Shown in pieces: positions 13,631 to 32,066 of a DNA stretch of 64,000 nucleotides. Made by a program: the position numbers and the translations under genes. The DNA comes from the human T2T-CHM13v2.0 reference genome, Homo sapiens, in NCBI RefSeq assembly GCF_009914755.1, contig NC_060933.1. One strand, 5' to 3'. Each line of letters starts with the position of its first letter. Position 1 is the first letter of the stretch. The notes under the pieces are model-generated. The model had not been told where the DNA came from. It worked only from the letters and a program-made list of their open reading frames with translations, and ran no database searches.

Positions 13631-14629
13631 AGGAAAATGGTTATTAACCCATGCTCTGCCATGCTACTTTGTCACACTGTTTTCCATAGTTTCTGTTATA
13701 GAACTAATGGCCATTGAAAACATTTTCCAAACAGTAACTTCTGTTGTAAAGATGCACATGTTTTAATATTAAACATCCTTCCTTCATTGCCCTCCCCTCT
13801 CACCTTTCAGCTCCCCAGGATTTGTATGCGTAGATTGCCTGTCAGTTATGCTAACTCACTGAACTCTTTATATAATTCCCTGGATAAGCTGTAACAACAA
13901 GCAAAACCCTTCCATCTGTCAGTGATAGTTCTATTATTCCATAATTACAGCTTTCTCGTCGGTGACGTAGCTGTTGCATTCACTTATGAATGTGTCAGTG
14001 TCTCCATTCAAATGTGTGAAATATTTAGCAGCGTTTAGCAGGTTTTGGTGAAATGTTAGAAAGTGATTTGAATAGATACCATCATATACTTTTGTAAGGA
14101 AGAGGAACGTGCTCCAACTGTGACCCAGGTCACTGTATCTCTAAACACTGGAGACACAGCAGTGAATAAAATGAAGATCCCTGTTCTCAATGAGTTTGCA
14201 TTCTAGCACACTAGAATACTTATATGCACAATAAATTAGTAAATGGTATCGTGTTTAGGTAGTGATAAGACTATGGGAAACCAGCAGTTTAGGGAAGGGG
14301 GTTGGGAGTGCTGAAGGTGGCACAAGGGGGCAGGTTGTGATATTAGAGGGGACAGTTTTTAATCCTTTCATGGGGATAATGAAAATATCTTTGACATGGA
14401 TTGAAAACCAGTGTTTGTTGATGCACCTCTGCTGATGACTAATGGTTGGAATTCCTAAGTCTTTCAAAGGTGGTGAACCTTTTGCTCCTTCCCCACAGAC
14501 TGCCTGGGAGTGCCTTTCAAAGTTAAGCCATGTGGCTTTGGTTTATCCCAGCTGCTGTGGGAATTCTTTATAGAAACGGTTCAGGGATCATTATTGGCAA
14601 TGCGGTCTCAGGGAAGAAGTATGCCTGGT

Positions 14630-14790
14630 AGTTATTGTAAAGTGGATGACTTTGGGCAAGTCGTGTAACCTCTAAGCCTCAGTATTGTTATAACGGTTGT
14701 AAGGTTCAAATGAAATAATGTATAGAAAGCACGTAGACCTGTGTCAAGAGCATAATAAATTCTTAGAAAATGTTGGTAGTTGTAATTTTA
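14630..14790 (+). mobile_element. MIR fragment
   Basis: GACTTTGGGCAAGTCGTGTAACCTCTAAGCCTCAGT...AAATGAAATAATGTATAGAAAGCAC. Confidence 0.7.
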
Positions 14791-16797
14791 TGATTAGCTT
14801 TAAAGCATATTTCTAAGGTACTATGTAAATATTCATGGCACTTGTCATTTCTTTCTAAAGCATACCTATAATTATCAGCTTTTCATAGGCAAACATTTCT
14901 TGCATAAACCTTGCCTGCCAAAGAAGGGTCTGCATAGAGAACCTATGAATTGATCTCTTGTGAGCTTAGGCTTGGACACTCTTTGAATACTGTGTGCCAA
15001 CTTTCACAAAGATTGAGATGAGAGAATAGAGGCAGGGAGTAATTCAGGTAATAAAAGTCCAGCTACTAAAAATGCAGTTTTGTGATTAGTTCTCATGGAT
15101 GACTCCAGAGATTGACTTTTCTGGGTAATTATATGGCCCTTCATTTTGTTGGTAGGGATTTACATAGACATTTGTTAAATGATTTTAGAATAGAATGAGT
15201 TGCCTAGTTATGCTGAGTGAATTGAGAAATTCCTCAAAGAGTCATGGGCTTCATTGGGAAATGGTCAAGATCAAGGATGGAGCACATCTGGAATTCATTG
15301 CTGCACTGCAAAGAAAGTTTGGGAACTGGTAGAAGTGGTAGTTACACAACATTGTGAACATACTAAATGTTTACTTTAAAGTGTTTAGTTTTATGTTATA
15401 TGAATTCAGATAATAATTTTCTTAAAAATGGATTTCTGACAGTGCTAGACCTCAAGCTCAGATTCCCTATTTTCATATCTAATTATTTAAAAGAATTGTT
15501 AAAGAATATGATAGTCCTTAACATTTTATATATATGGAATAAATTTTCTTTAATTTTATAAATGTATTAAAGGTTTTATATTTCAGTATATCCAACATGC
15601 TTGTTTTCTCGTTTATAAAATTCAGTTATTCCAACTCTAAAATTTTATGGTAATAAATTGATTACACAAGTAGAGGCCAAAGCTGTATCCCCACAGTGTC
15701 TATTATGGTATCTTGCCCATAGTAGGTGCCCAATAAATGTTCACTGAATTGTATGTAGGTTGTTTTCTGAGTTGCTCATAACTTTATAATGTCATACATT
15801 AATGCAAGTGGGGTTAAACTAGACAGTGTTAGAGATCTTCAAGTTCAGCTTGCTCTAAGATGAGCAACAAGGCCGAGAAGTTAGGTCACTTACATAGTTA
15901 GTGCAAGGGTAGGATATTGCTTTTTAAGTTAACATTTGTAGAAACATGCATAAGTAATTCATTCAGCCATAGCCATTGGAATATGGTTTGGTTTCCTTTT
16001 TATTCTTTCTTTTTTTTTCTTCCTTTCTTTTTCTTTCTTTCCCTCCCTTGCTGTCTGCCTTGCTCCTTCTCTTCCTTCTTTCTTTTCCTTTCTCTTTTTT
16101 TAGATTTACAAACCTGATAATGCAGAAAAATCATGTTTCTAGGGGACTGCAAAGCCCATATTTCATCTCATCTTTTGCCAGGAGTTACCAATGTATCCTT
16201 TAGTCAGTCTTCTCTGGATTTTTCTTACCTCACCTATTAGATGAGAAGGGTAGTGCTTATTTTCAATGGAATGCTCTGCTTTTGAGGTTAATTTACAAAA
16301 ACTCTTTATTGGTTAAAATTTTAACTCTCTTTCTGCCATATGGTGCAGATATTTCCTTCAATTTGCTTGCCTTTCAGTTTTGTGAAACAAAGATTTAATC
16401 TCTGAGATTAGTTGTTAGATCTAATATTTTTCTCTACGATTTTGGCTGTTGGCATGCTAAGATAGGTCTTTTCCATCCTACCATTACATAAATTGTACCT
16501 TAATTTTCTTCTAGTACTTTTGTGGTTCCATTTTTTACATTTAAATCTTATTGCATCTGATATTTATTTTTGTATAAGGTGAGAGGTAGGGATCTAACTT
16601 CATATTTTCCAAAATGAATAGCCAGTTAACCAAACTGATTTAAGAATCCATCTTTTTGTTACATTAATTTGAAATGCCGTAATGAATACTGAATTCTAGG
16701 CTTTTTTTTTTTTAACATTTTAAAGAACAGAATAGGTAAGAACAGAATAGGTTTAAATTCCTATAGCTTTATGACACATTTTGATAACACATTTTGA

Positions 16798-17526
<729 letters not shown>

Positions 17527-17628
17527 TAATTTTGTCAAGTTCTAAACAAAACTGCTAGTGGGATATTAATTGTAACTCCATTGCATTTCTGCGTTTATTT
17601 AAGGGAACATTGTCATCTTTACAGTTAA

Positions 17629-17989
<361 letters not shown>

Positions 17990-20281
17990 GGTTCCATGAT
18001 TTTTTAATGTTAGTTCTGTACACCTATCTTTTGAATGTATTCTATTTGTTTATACTCTTTCTTTCTTTTATGAATGTGAATTTTTACCCCATTTTATTTT
18101 TTACCTGGCTCTTTCTAGAAATTAGGGAAGCTATTGATTTTTGTATATTGGCTCTGATTTTATTTTCAGGTGATTCTACTGAATTTTGTCAGTGGAGTTT
18201 CATAACATTTCCAAATAATAATTTTATCTTCCAGTTTACATTATTTATAATTTTTACTGCTTTGGCTAATACTTCTAGAAAGATATTAAAATAACAGAGG
18301 TTATATGAGGCATCTTTTTTTCTGATTTTAAAGAGAATGTCACTAGAGTTTCACTATCATAAATGATTTGTGATTCTTGTCCTACAGTACTCTGGCAGTG
18401 CTAGTCTCTTTTTTTTAAATAACATGTTATCTATATGTGATCTTCTTGACATGTAGCAGTTGAACTCTGTGAAAATGGCAACTATATTTACCTGGAACTC
18501 TATGTCTAAACAGTGACCAATTGATCAATAAATAAATACATTTTATTGTGTTGCTCTTTCTGCCTTGCTGAACTTTGAAAGATCTGTAAGAATTTGAAGT
18601 GCATCATAATTGTTAGGAAAGTAGATCAAACATTTATGTAATGTAAAGCCTTTATTTTTCATGCAGCATTGTCAAGACCTTAGATGTACAGTGTAACTGA
18701 ATGGTTGAAGTTTACACTCATACTTCAAAAAAGAAATGTTTTCCTTTTGTTGTTTGCTGACTTTGGAGACTGCTTTCCCAAAGAATCCACTTTCGTTTTT
18801 ACTACTGATCTGTGTTTTTGGATAGCACCATGGCACCTTGAAAGCACATTTATGAGTATACCTCTGCTTACTGATATCACAAGAAGTTTGCAAATATCAC
18901 AAATATATTAGGTGCTAATGTCAGAGGAAGATACTAATTCAAAATGTATTCATGTACTTTCATAGATATAGACCCTTTTTGTTTCTTACTGCTCCCTCAT
19001 ACAAAGAATAAGTTGCTCTGTATAAGTAACACAAGATTTTTCCTCCTTAAAATGTGGAAAATATTGAAAAATAGAGGGAATATAAGCCTGTTACTAGGGA
19101 TAACCACTGTTGATATTTACAGTTGTTTTGTGTCTGAGTAATTGCTATCACACTACATACTGGTTTGTATACTGTCCTTTTATCTAAACATTACAATCAC
19201 ATGTGTTTTTCCTAGATGGTGGAACATTTAAATAAGACAACTAAAGTTATTTAGGCTAGTTGGGCTGTGGGAATCTGAAGTAAGAGGTGGTCTGTGCAAC
19301 CTTAGAAATGGGTGGAGCCGGAGGATGAATCGCAGGATGAACTCAGCATGGTTCACCCACAGTCTTCAAATAGTCATTGATCCAGGTGTCCTCAGAGAGC
19401 CTGAAAAACAATGCTTAGATCATCCTGCCTGACCTCTAGGAAGCTTAAGGTCACCTGAACAAAATAATCCTTTTCTTTCAGCAACTGGGTGGCCTCTGAA
19501 AGCTGGCCCTACTTTGCCATCTTTGATCAGTCGTCTGGCACTGATTACAGACTATTAACAGTGTAGACTCATTCCTGTTGTGCACAAAGAATCGTGTGGA
19601 GAAGGAGGCTGCATAAATTGTCTTACTCCTAAGACCAAATTCCAGGGACTTTTTTAGGGCCTTTGGCCATGTGTTATTTTATGTAAATATTTTTTAAGAC
19701 CTCCCTGTTTGACAGGTCAGCATGTCTCCTTCTATTGTATAATATTAATTCTAGAAACTTATAGCAGATCCATTTCCATTTCCAAAGCCGAAAAAGGAAG
19801 AGCTTGAATTAGAATTTAATGTGAAGAGTTTGTAAATTGCTTATATTCTTATTTTGTCAGCTTGACACATTTGTGGAAAAAATAGATGTCTAAAAATGTC
19901 TAGTAGCTGCTATGCAGTCTGCAGTCTGTGTATTCATTCTTCATTTACAGTTTTTGTTTTACAAGGTCATCTGTAAATTAACAGCCTACCAACAAACAAA
20001 GATAGTATTGCAGAGAGTAATTTTGAACATCTTTTTGTCCTAATCATTTTTGCATTTCAATTAATTGAAAATAAAGAGAATTAGAAAAGAATTTTCTTTT
20101 ATCTTTCACCTTGTTTGAGGATTCTGATAATGTGTACATGTTATTCTTCTCTCTATATGTTTTCTCTATCATTTCTTCTTTGCACCAAACAAATATCTTA
20201 TATTTTTGCCTATATTTCCATTTTCTGGAATTTCAGCTTAAAATACTTGTATGCATCTCAATCTTTAGAAGAGATTTAGAA

Positions 20282-20785
20282 CAGCATTGTCTGATACAAA
20301 TATAATGAGAGGCACATATGTAATTTTATATTTCATAGTATGCACATTTAAAAAGAGAAACAAGTAAAACTAATCTTAATGATATATTTTATGTAGCCTA
20401 ATATATCAAGAATATAGTTTCGACATGTAATCAACTATGAAGAATTATTAATATATTTTCTATTTTTTATTCAGACTAAATCTGCCAAATCCAGTGTATA
20501 TTTTATACTTATAGCACATATTAGTTTAGACACGCAGGTTTCATTAGAAATACTTAATCTGCATTTAGATTTCATAACTTTCATAATTGAAAAAGTAGAC
20601 TGACATTCCCAAGTTGTTCCAACATACTTAGCAGTTTCCCAAGAACAGAAACAAGCATCAATTTTTTAAAAACTTTAATTACCATTATATAAAATTTAAA
20701 GTTCACCCTGTCAGTTACGGGCTTATCAAATACTAAGTGGCTGCATGTGGCTAGTAGCTAGTGGCTATAGTATTTGGCAGCACAT
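20282..20785. mobile_element. hAT-Charlie DNA element (Charlie1/MER33-like)
   Basis: CAGCATTGTCTGATACAAATATAATG ... ATGTGGCTAGT...GGCAGCAC. Flanks ATTTAGAA / TTCTAGAA resemble an 8-bp hAT TSD. Confidence 0.75.
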
Positions 20786-21324
20786 TTCTAGAATTTTAAT
20801 TTTCTATTTTAAAAGACAAGATTAAAATTTCAGTAAAAAATTACATTTGTGACATGGAAGGTGGCTTAAAAGAAAGAGGTTGGCATTACTGGCCAAGGTA
20901 GCAAAACTCAGATAGGAGAAACTTCAGAGACCTAGTTTCATTAAACTTAGCTCTGGTTTATCGTGACTGAAGAGAACTAGGGGGCTTCATTATGTTAAAA
21001 AAAAGAAAAGGCCTTGAAAAATGTGAGTTCCTACCTCTTTCTCTCTGAAAGAGTCGGTAGTGGAGGATGCTTGTTTTAGACCTTTGGTTATACTCCTGCT
21101 CTCTCTCGTAAATTCTTTAATATGACTTTCTAAGAATGCTCTGACCATGTGTGGATACTAAGCCCTTTAAAGAGTGGCTGAAATATGTGATTTTAAAATT
21201 ATTTTTAATTTAAAAACTGATACTCATTTAGTTATTAGAAAACATTTATGTATGTTTGGAGCAACTGGGTATATAAGTCTACTTTTTCAACTGCAAATTT
21301 TATGAAATCTAAATAAAGTCAGAA

Positions 21325-23185
21325 GATTCCAGTTCCAGATAAGATGAAGTAAACACAGTTTACTCTGACTCTGCCACCGAGTGCAGCTATAAAACCTGGA
21401 TAGAATGCATGAAGCAGCTATTTGAGGACCCTGAAAAGTAAATAGTGGCAGGACGATGAGGGGAAATGACCAGAATTGGAAGCTCCACCAAATTGACAAA
21501 AGAGAGGTAAATCTGGTTCCTGTTACTTCACTATGGCTAGAAGTGGAAGTCTCTACAAAGGCTTTGAAAACTAAACTGATGTTGGAAACGTAACCCACAG
21601 AAAGAGGTTTAGAACTTGAAGCCTGAAGCTATTCACGACAATTGCCTGCTAAGACAAAAATAGCAACATTCTCAGTAGGATTGAAACAAAACTCAGAATC
21701 TTGTAATAGAGTGTTCCAAATGTCTAGGATACAACCGAGAATTACTTGGCATATGAAGAACCAGGAAAATTATCCATTTTTATGAGGAAAGACAATTGAC
21801 AGAGGCCAATACTGAAATGGTAAAGATGTTGGAATTATCTGACAGACTTTTAAAGCAGCTCTTACAAAAATGCTCAACAAGTAAAAACAATCACTTCTGA
21901 AACAAAAAGAAATTCTCAGCAAATGAATACATGATATAAAGAAGAACCAAATTAAAATTTTAGAATTCAAAAATGCAGTAACCACAATTCTTAAAACTCA
22001 CTAAGTAGGCTCAATAACTGAACAGAGGTGAAAGAGAGGAAAGTCAGTGAATTTGCAGATAGCTCAACAGAAATTGTACAATACGAACAACAACGAGAAA
22101 AAGGATTGCAGGGAGAGGGGAAGCAGAGCCTCATGGACCTGTGGAATAATAATAAAAGATCTAATGTTCATGGCATCAGAACCCCAGGAAAAGAGAGGAA
22201 AAAAAGTATGGCACTGGAATAAGATTTGAATAAATAATAACTGAAAAATCCCAAGATTTGGCATAAAGCTACAGATTCAAGAAGCTCATAAAACCCCAGA
22301 CATGAACCCAAGTAAATCTCACTGAAACACATCATCATCAAACTGCTGAAAACCCAAGACAAGAAAAAATCTCGAAAACAGAGGAAAAGAATGCATTACC
22401 TGTAGAGAAACAATGATTTGAATGACTGTGTATTTCTCATCATGGAGAAAGTGATATAACATTTTAAAACTACTAAGAGAAAATAATTGTCAACTCAGAG
22501 TTCTATATTCAGCAAAAATATCCTTAAGGAACTTTCAGACATTCTCAGCTGAAGGGAAACTTAAGAGAATTCATTGCCAGTAGTAGACCTTGTATAAGAC
22601 AATTGCTAAAGGATGTTCTTCAGACAGAAGGGAAATGATGCCAGAAAAGAATTTAGAACATCTGGAATGAAGGCAGAAAAATAGAAATGGTGAATATCTG
22701 GTAAATACACTAGACTAATCTTCTCCTCTTTAGTTCTCTAAAATATGCATAATGGTTGAAAGAAAACAAATGTTGTCTGATGAGGTTTTCAATGAATGCA
22801 GATGTAATATATGACAACTATAGCATAAAGCAGGGAGTAAGGGGACTCATGGCGTGTTAAGATTTTTACATTCCAGTTGAAGTGGTAAGATACTCTTAAG
22901 TAGACTGTTAAAAATTGAGTACAGCATGTGTATTGTGATCTCTAGGGCAACCATTTAGAAAACTAAAACATGTCAAGAAAACATAATAAAGTGGAATACT
23001 AAAAAATATACAAGTAACCCAAAAGAAGGCAGGAAAGGGGAAACCGAGGAATGAAAAACGGAAGAAACAAACAGAAAACAAGTAATAAAATGGCATCCCT
23101 AAATCCAACCATATCAAAAAGTACATTAGATATAAATGTTCTAAACACACCAATTAAAAAACAGATTGTCAGAATGGATAAATAC
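21325..23185 (+). mobile_element. L1M 5' region with ORF1 remnant and start of ORF2
   Basis: ORF1-like peptides (IKKNQIKILEFKNAVT; QSLMDLWNNNKRSNVHGIR). Endonuclease start motif AATGTTCTAAACACACCAATTAAAA at ~23135. Confidence 0.8.
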
Positions 23186-23199
23186 AATCAATATTTTCA

Positions 23200-23452
23200 A
23201 AGAAAATTTAACACCTGAAATGAGATGTGCAGTAAGTATAAACTGCAATCCAAATATTGAAAACTTAATAGAAAAAAATGTGGAATCTCATTACTTTTTA
23301 TATTGATTTCATGCTGAAATGTTTTTTGTGTACTGAGTTTTAAAATATATTATTAAAATTTCACCTATTACATTGTATATTTAAAAACATGACTACCAGA
23401 AAAATTTAAATTACCTGTATGGCTTACATTAAAATTTCCATCAGACAGCAAT
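23200..23452. mobile_element. MER33-like hAT fragment
   Basis: AAAATTTAAATTACCTGTATGGCTTACATT...CAGACAGCA end. Confidence 0.6.
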
Positions 23453-24952
23453 CTTCTAAGGTATGGCTTTTGTAAAAAATGAAAAGAAATATTTCAAGCA
23501 GCAAACAGGGTTGGTCAGAAGCTACATTTTTGTATTATCTTAGTTAAGACATTAGGAGATCTGGATTACCCTTTATTAAGGCTAACAAATGTAGGGCTAA
23601 ATGTATTAAATTTAGTAATACAATATAAAACAATTTTGGTGTGCACAACATCTGTGGCTAGCTACAAGCTCAGCTCTGTGGCACAGTTCATGTAACTCAG
23701 CCATGAGCACAGCTCTCTTTTGGAATGGGTCATCCATCCATTGCTTTACCTAGTACTTCTCACAAATCAATAAAAACTACTCTAGTTAATCAGAACTAAA
23801 AATATTGTTGTCAAACTACTCTTTCTCTGAAAAAGTTACTTTAACCATACATTCCAACCTGAAGCAAACAGAAGTCCTCAGTGAAAAAAACAGACAAACA
23901 AACAGGACTATTCCAATGAAATGCAATGGAGGTGGACAGTGAAACGTGGGAGTTAAGTTATCTATGACCAGTGTCTAGTGGTGTTTCTCATTAGCTGCTG
24001 AGGCTGGAGTTCTGTGAAAAGGAGAATTCATACCCACATTTCTCAGAGTGAGTTGTTGGCCTATCTAGTTGTTAGGACTTTGGGACAGTCCATGAGTGAG
24101 AGACAAACCATGAAGGTCAGCTCACTCTGCTGGACTCTTCCTCTAAGTTGTGGTTTAACGTTTAGCTAACAGAGACCCCATTGCTTATCTCTCTGTCCTC
24201 ACCTCCAGACTGTAAGCTCCTTGAGTCCAAAAAACCATGACTATTTTGCTTAAAGCTCTGCCTCTAGTATTAGCATAATAATACATAGGAGCTCACAAAT
24301 ATGCTAAAAATAAATGAGCATATGCCAAAGTCTCATCTCAGCCAAGCCTTGCTGGCAGGGGATGGAAAGGTATTTTTGGCTTCATTCTAAAGAGTCCTAT
24401 TCTCAAATTTTCCTGTTGACATGTTCTACCTCATAAAAACACATACATATTTTCTGATGGTTGTAATCTGGCAGATAGTGATCATTTTGGTTTTAGTTTT
24501 AGTTTTATATGTAGCATTTAATCCTAGTTACTAGTAGCATAAGGAATTGGAGAATAATTGGAGAGAGAGAGAGAGAATGAAGATTCTTATATTGGCTATG
24601 CAACTAACTAGCTGTGAGGCCTGGAGTATGGTATTACCCAAGCCTTCTGATGTGGATATTTTCATTTGCACATTAATTACATGGAGTGGACCAGATGTTC
24701 CTCTCTGAGGTCTCTCTGGCTCTTGTAAAATGGAATGAATCTTGCATGCACAAAGCCTCAAAATTCCATACCAATTCGAATATATTTCAGACCATTGCTA
24801 TAAAATTGCTGCAAAGTATTATGGTAGAGAAGGCAATGATCATTAAGATATGGTAGTCTGCTGGAGTTCTTGTCTCTCCTTTGGGGGAAGAAATACTCAC
24901 ATGCTTTAGAGATTACAGAAATAATTTATTTCTTCTCTGAGGTGAAATTTCC

Positions 24953-25453
24953 TATATTCATTTCTTATTGCTGCTGTAACAAATTTATACAGAATTAGTG
25001 GCTTAAAACAATGCAAATGTATTATCTCATAGTTCTGGAAGTGAGAAGGCCAAAATTGGTCTCACTGGACTAAAATTAAGATGTCTACAAGGCTGCCTTC
25101 CTTTTGGAGGCTCTGGGGAAGAATTCCTCTTCTTGCCTTTTCCAGATTCTAGAGTTAGGCTGCATTCCTTGGCTTATGGCCTCCTTCCGTCTTCAAAGCT
25201 GCAGTAGCTGGTTAAGTCTTTCTCACATCATACCATTTGTACACTGACTCTTGTGCCTCCCTCTTAAAAGAACCCTTGTGACTACACTGTGCTCACTGCA
25301 TAATCCAGGATAATCTTATTTTAAGGTCAGCTGATTAGCAATCTTAACTTCACCTGCAGCCTTAATTCCCCTTGCCGTGTGATAGACTATAGTCACAGTT
25401 TCCAGGGGTAAGGATGTGGACATCTTTTGGCAGCCATTATTCTGCCTATCGCA
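24953..25453 (-). mobile_element. MaLR LTR (MLT1C/D-like)
   Basis: ATTGCTGCTGTAACAAAT...GGATGTGGACATCTTTTGGCAGCCATTATTCTGCCTA. Confidence 0.85.
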
Positions 25454-26839
25454 TTGCCATCTTTCTGAGTTTTTAAAGTTTTAACCAATAATTGCAGAGC
25501 TAGTAATTTATTTTCCTCTGTTCCCTTTTCGCACTCTGAATTAGTTAATGGATGGCAGGAATCAACTGAAAAAATTAGGGCTAAGTAATGTCCTGGATTA
25601 ACTGAAGAGATTCTCTTCAGGGAAAGCTGTCACAATCTCCAGCTATTTCTTAAAGCTGGTTATGTGTAGAAGGTTCTTTTACCTAAGATCATGTTCCTAT
25701 CCACAAAAAGACAGAAACTATGTCCTTTTAAAAGAAATAAAATGCATTATCTAAGCTTAATTTTTTTTATTTCTAATCAAAAATATCATAAATGTTTGCC
25801 AAAGTTCATTGTGCAATTTTTTTCTCCCTGCTGAGCAGGTGGCTGAAAGTCGTGGAATGTTGTTTTTCTGAATACAGATTCATAATGCCCATAGTGAACA
25901 TGCTCATTAAAATAGAAAAATTAGACTGTATTAATTTGCATTTCAGTCCACTCTTGGGTAGATTTGTTATGTGTAGTTCTCACTATAATTATCTGCGTCT
26001 TTGGAAATGCCACATCTATTTGCAGATTAATTATGCCATTATCAAAGGCTTAGAAGGAAATCTTCAAAATTCATTGTTAACATTTAAAGAAAATGCACAG
26101 GAAGCTGATATAGAAGAGATAAACCAGAGATTTTTCTGAGTGTACTTATAGTGGGCAACAGAACTAACACTTATCTTTAGGTTAATGGTATTATTTAGAC
26201 TTGCACTTATGAAGTGTTGATTTAGAGGATAATACATTGGTTAAGAGGGCTCAGTGGTTAAGTTCCATTTCACATTTATTGTGATCTCTGTTTCAGCCAC
26301 TTAGTCACTTAGAAACGTTTATGAGTGTATGGGATGTGCCACTTCCTTTAGAAGACAATGGGGATACTATCCTTAGAGCTCCCATACTGTACAACTCCAC
26401 GTGTTAACATTTTCCTCACTCTGTAGTCTATATGAGTGGTACCCTCTGGAGTAGCGCAGTTATCGAATATGAGGCTTAATGCAAGGATCCTGGCATTCTC
26501 TATGACAGAGGCTGTGCACAGTGGGGAACAGATTCACAAACAGACTCATGTTATGTGTGAATGGGTACATACGGTAATAAGAGCACAGAAGAAGGGAGCA
26601 TCTGACTTTTCTTAGGATGGACCGGGATATCTGGGTTTTTCAGAGGAAGCTTTGCTCAAACAGAGTCTTGAAGGATCAATAGGAAATGGTGAGACAAGAA
26701 AAAGTTGGATGATTTTCTGGGCCAAGCCAGCAGCCTGTGCAGAGGAAAAGAGGTATGCAAAAGCATGCTACGTTTACAAGACTTGCAGATATTTGAGTAT
26801 GACTTAAGTGTGAGATTCATGTGGGCATGTGAATGAGGC

Positions 26840-27000
26840 AAAGCGTTTAACCTTCCTGTGCTTTACTTCCCCATTTAGTAAAACCAATAAAACAACACTA
26901 CCTACCTTGTGGGGTTTTGTGAGTTTTAAATGAGATATCATCAGTAAAATGCTTAGGTTAGGCTTGATATATAAAAAAGCACTCAACGAATGTCAGCTGC
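26840..27000 (+). mobile_element. MIR fragment, preceded by L2 remnants (~26300-26840)
   Basis: TTTAACCTTCCTGTGC...CCTACCTTGTGGGGTTTTGTGAGTTTTAAATGAGAT. Confidence 0.65.
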
Positions 27001-29299
27001 CTTTGAGACGATGATGATGATCACAATGATATTACATGAGGTTGAAAAATTAGGCAAAAGCTACAGATTCTGTGCTAAGGAGTTTTGACATAATACTGTT
27101 GGCTGGGGAAATTGTGAAGGATGTTAAAAAAAAATACAATTCACAGCTCTATAGATTTATAAACTCCGTGTCATCATTTAGCAAGGCTGATTAGACCCCA
27201 TGAATTGATGCATACTACTTGAAATCATTTAGAGAGACTGATGAAGAAAAATGCCATTTTATCAATTTACACTCAAAATAGAAACCACTCAGCATGCTGT
27301 GATAATTATGGCAATGAGGTGGTGTATTTCCTTCCTATGAATTGGTAAATCTCCTTGAGCTCCTATGTGAACATCACATGGTTTCTTAAGTGAGGATGAG
27401 GAGAGTCAGAGTAAATGTAGATGAGTGCTTTGAAAGGCTGGTGGATTAGCCTTGCTCACTTACTACATGTCTGGCAGGGAGATGAGAAACAGGACCTGGT
27501 TGGTACCTTCTCTGGAAATGCTGGTTACACTCTGATCTTCTCCTCCCTCTCCTTTTACAGATATCCCTTTTTTGGACACCCCTCTACTATAACTTCTTTT
27601 TTTTTTTTTTTTTTTTTTTTGGAATCATCACCTTTGTTTCAGCATGCTTTCAGGAGATGTCAATGGTTTTCCAGTTCATCTTGATTTTTTTAAAGGTGGC
27701 TGCTCTTTGGTGATATTTTGGGGTTTACTTTTATCTCAACAATAAGTGGTCTCCATAGTGTTCATCTATTCATTGCATTCAGCACCTAAACAGTGCGTTA
27801 TTTTTGGGAATAGTCAGTTCAACCCATCCACTGTGGGAGAATTCACAGTACTATTGATTACATAGGATGGCATTTTCACTTCTAAATGTCATCTTATTTT
27901 CCTAACTTGTTGTTTTAATCATCTCTAACATTAGATTTTGAGATCCATTCTGTTTGAGGACCTGTAGTTCAATGAATGAGTTGGGAGTATAAAATTTGTC
28001 TCATGAAGTTGCTATATTTGTATAATAATAAGCTTAACTCATCAAGTTACTACTGTAGGCCTTTAGAATTTGGGTATCTTTCTAGTGAATGCTTTAGGGA
28101 TATAAACATTTATTTTACTGGATTTTCATACTACTGTTTAATGCTATAATGTTACCTTATACATTCTACCAAGCATTGTAAGCTCAGACAAATTAGGCAA
28201 TAATTTGTCAAAACAAAAAGTAATAATGCTAGCAAAGACAAAGAATTTATGCTAGTTACAGGTGATAAACTAAAGCTTTCCTCGTCCTCACCTTCATTCT
28301 GTGGTCTCTTAACCATAAACATCAATGTAGCAAAGAAAAATTGATTTTGTAATTGATTTTGAAATTGTAATTACCTTGATTTCCTTAGTGATGGTTATTT
28401 AAAATACTGAAGCATTTTAAGCTAAATAAAACTAATTTTAAAATAAAACTAATTTTTATTTTAAAAAAAAGTGGAGAAGGCCCATGTAAATTCCCTGCCT
28501 TTTAGAACATGCATTCTGAATATTGTTTTAAAGCATTTCAACAAAAATGCTTTGATGGAATGCTACAGTCACTGCTCATTATCTTGAATTCACTTGCAGG
28601 TCATTTGTTCTTAACTGTTTTTTTAAAAAAGTGAGTGTTTACATGTTTTTACTCCAAAGGAAATCAGTTACAATTGTTCATAATGGGTGCTTATTTAAAA
28701 ACGAAAGCTCTGAGAAAAACTGTGCTTCTAATTTTTAATATTTCAAACATTATAGATGTTGGCATTGTGATGAAACAAAACTTGCCACTAGTAACATTTT
28801 AATGGTCTTTTCCATGGAGCAGTTGGAGATGAAACTGTGTCATAAAATATTTATTAAAATGCTTATACTTTACTGAAAATTTGAGGGTGTACCTGTGCTG
28901 TACTGAATTCTGTGTTCTAGCAAATATTTCATAATGATGCCTAGTACAAATTTTTATTAATGCAACATGGAGAAAATGGTCGTTCTCTTGTCTGAGTTGG
29001 ATTAAAGCAAAGTTCCAAGCAGAAGTGCCAGAGCTATTTTTAAATGTACAAGGCATGCATTTTTTTCTTTTAACATAAATTCTCCATCAAAATAGGACCT
29101 AAGATTTTAAGAAACAAATATAATTTATTATGGCTATTTTGTGTTTAGAGAGATACTAATAGATTAGAGAAAGTGATTTGCCATTTATTGAGAAGGGCCA
29201 AAAAGCACATTAAAATATCCAATTTGTTAGTAACTTTTGAAAATGCAAACTTAAAAAAGTGCCACTTTTTGTTATCTAAGTCTAAGGCTAAGAAGAATG

Positions 29300-31750
<2,451 letters not shown>

Positions 31751-32066
31751 TTATAACTATGCCGGTGGGAAGAGAAGTGGGAAGAAAAGGAAAAAGTGGA
31801 TGTATACATGATTTGAAGTTTCCACCATCATTCATATGTATGTGACACACCCCAGGCCCTACACTAAGTGCTGCAGGACACTTTACCTACAAGACACAGT
31901 GGCTGCCCTTTTTCAGAGACCATGTAGCCAGAGACAGAAGTTGGGTATACATAAAAATGACAAAGGACTTTATGGAGCAGTGATCATCAAGGGGCAGAAG
32001 AGGAATTCACAGTCCTGGGGAAGGAAGGCATAGACTGTAAAGTAAGGAGAGAGAAGAATGGGTTGT

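Noticed and set aside
21770-23187. Short ORFs in this interval and at 62919-63429
   Set aside because: Broken L1 ORF1/ORF2 remnants.
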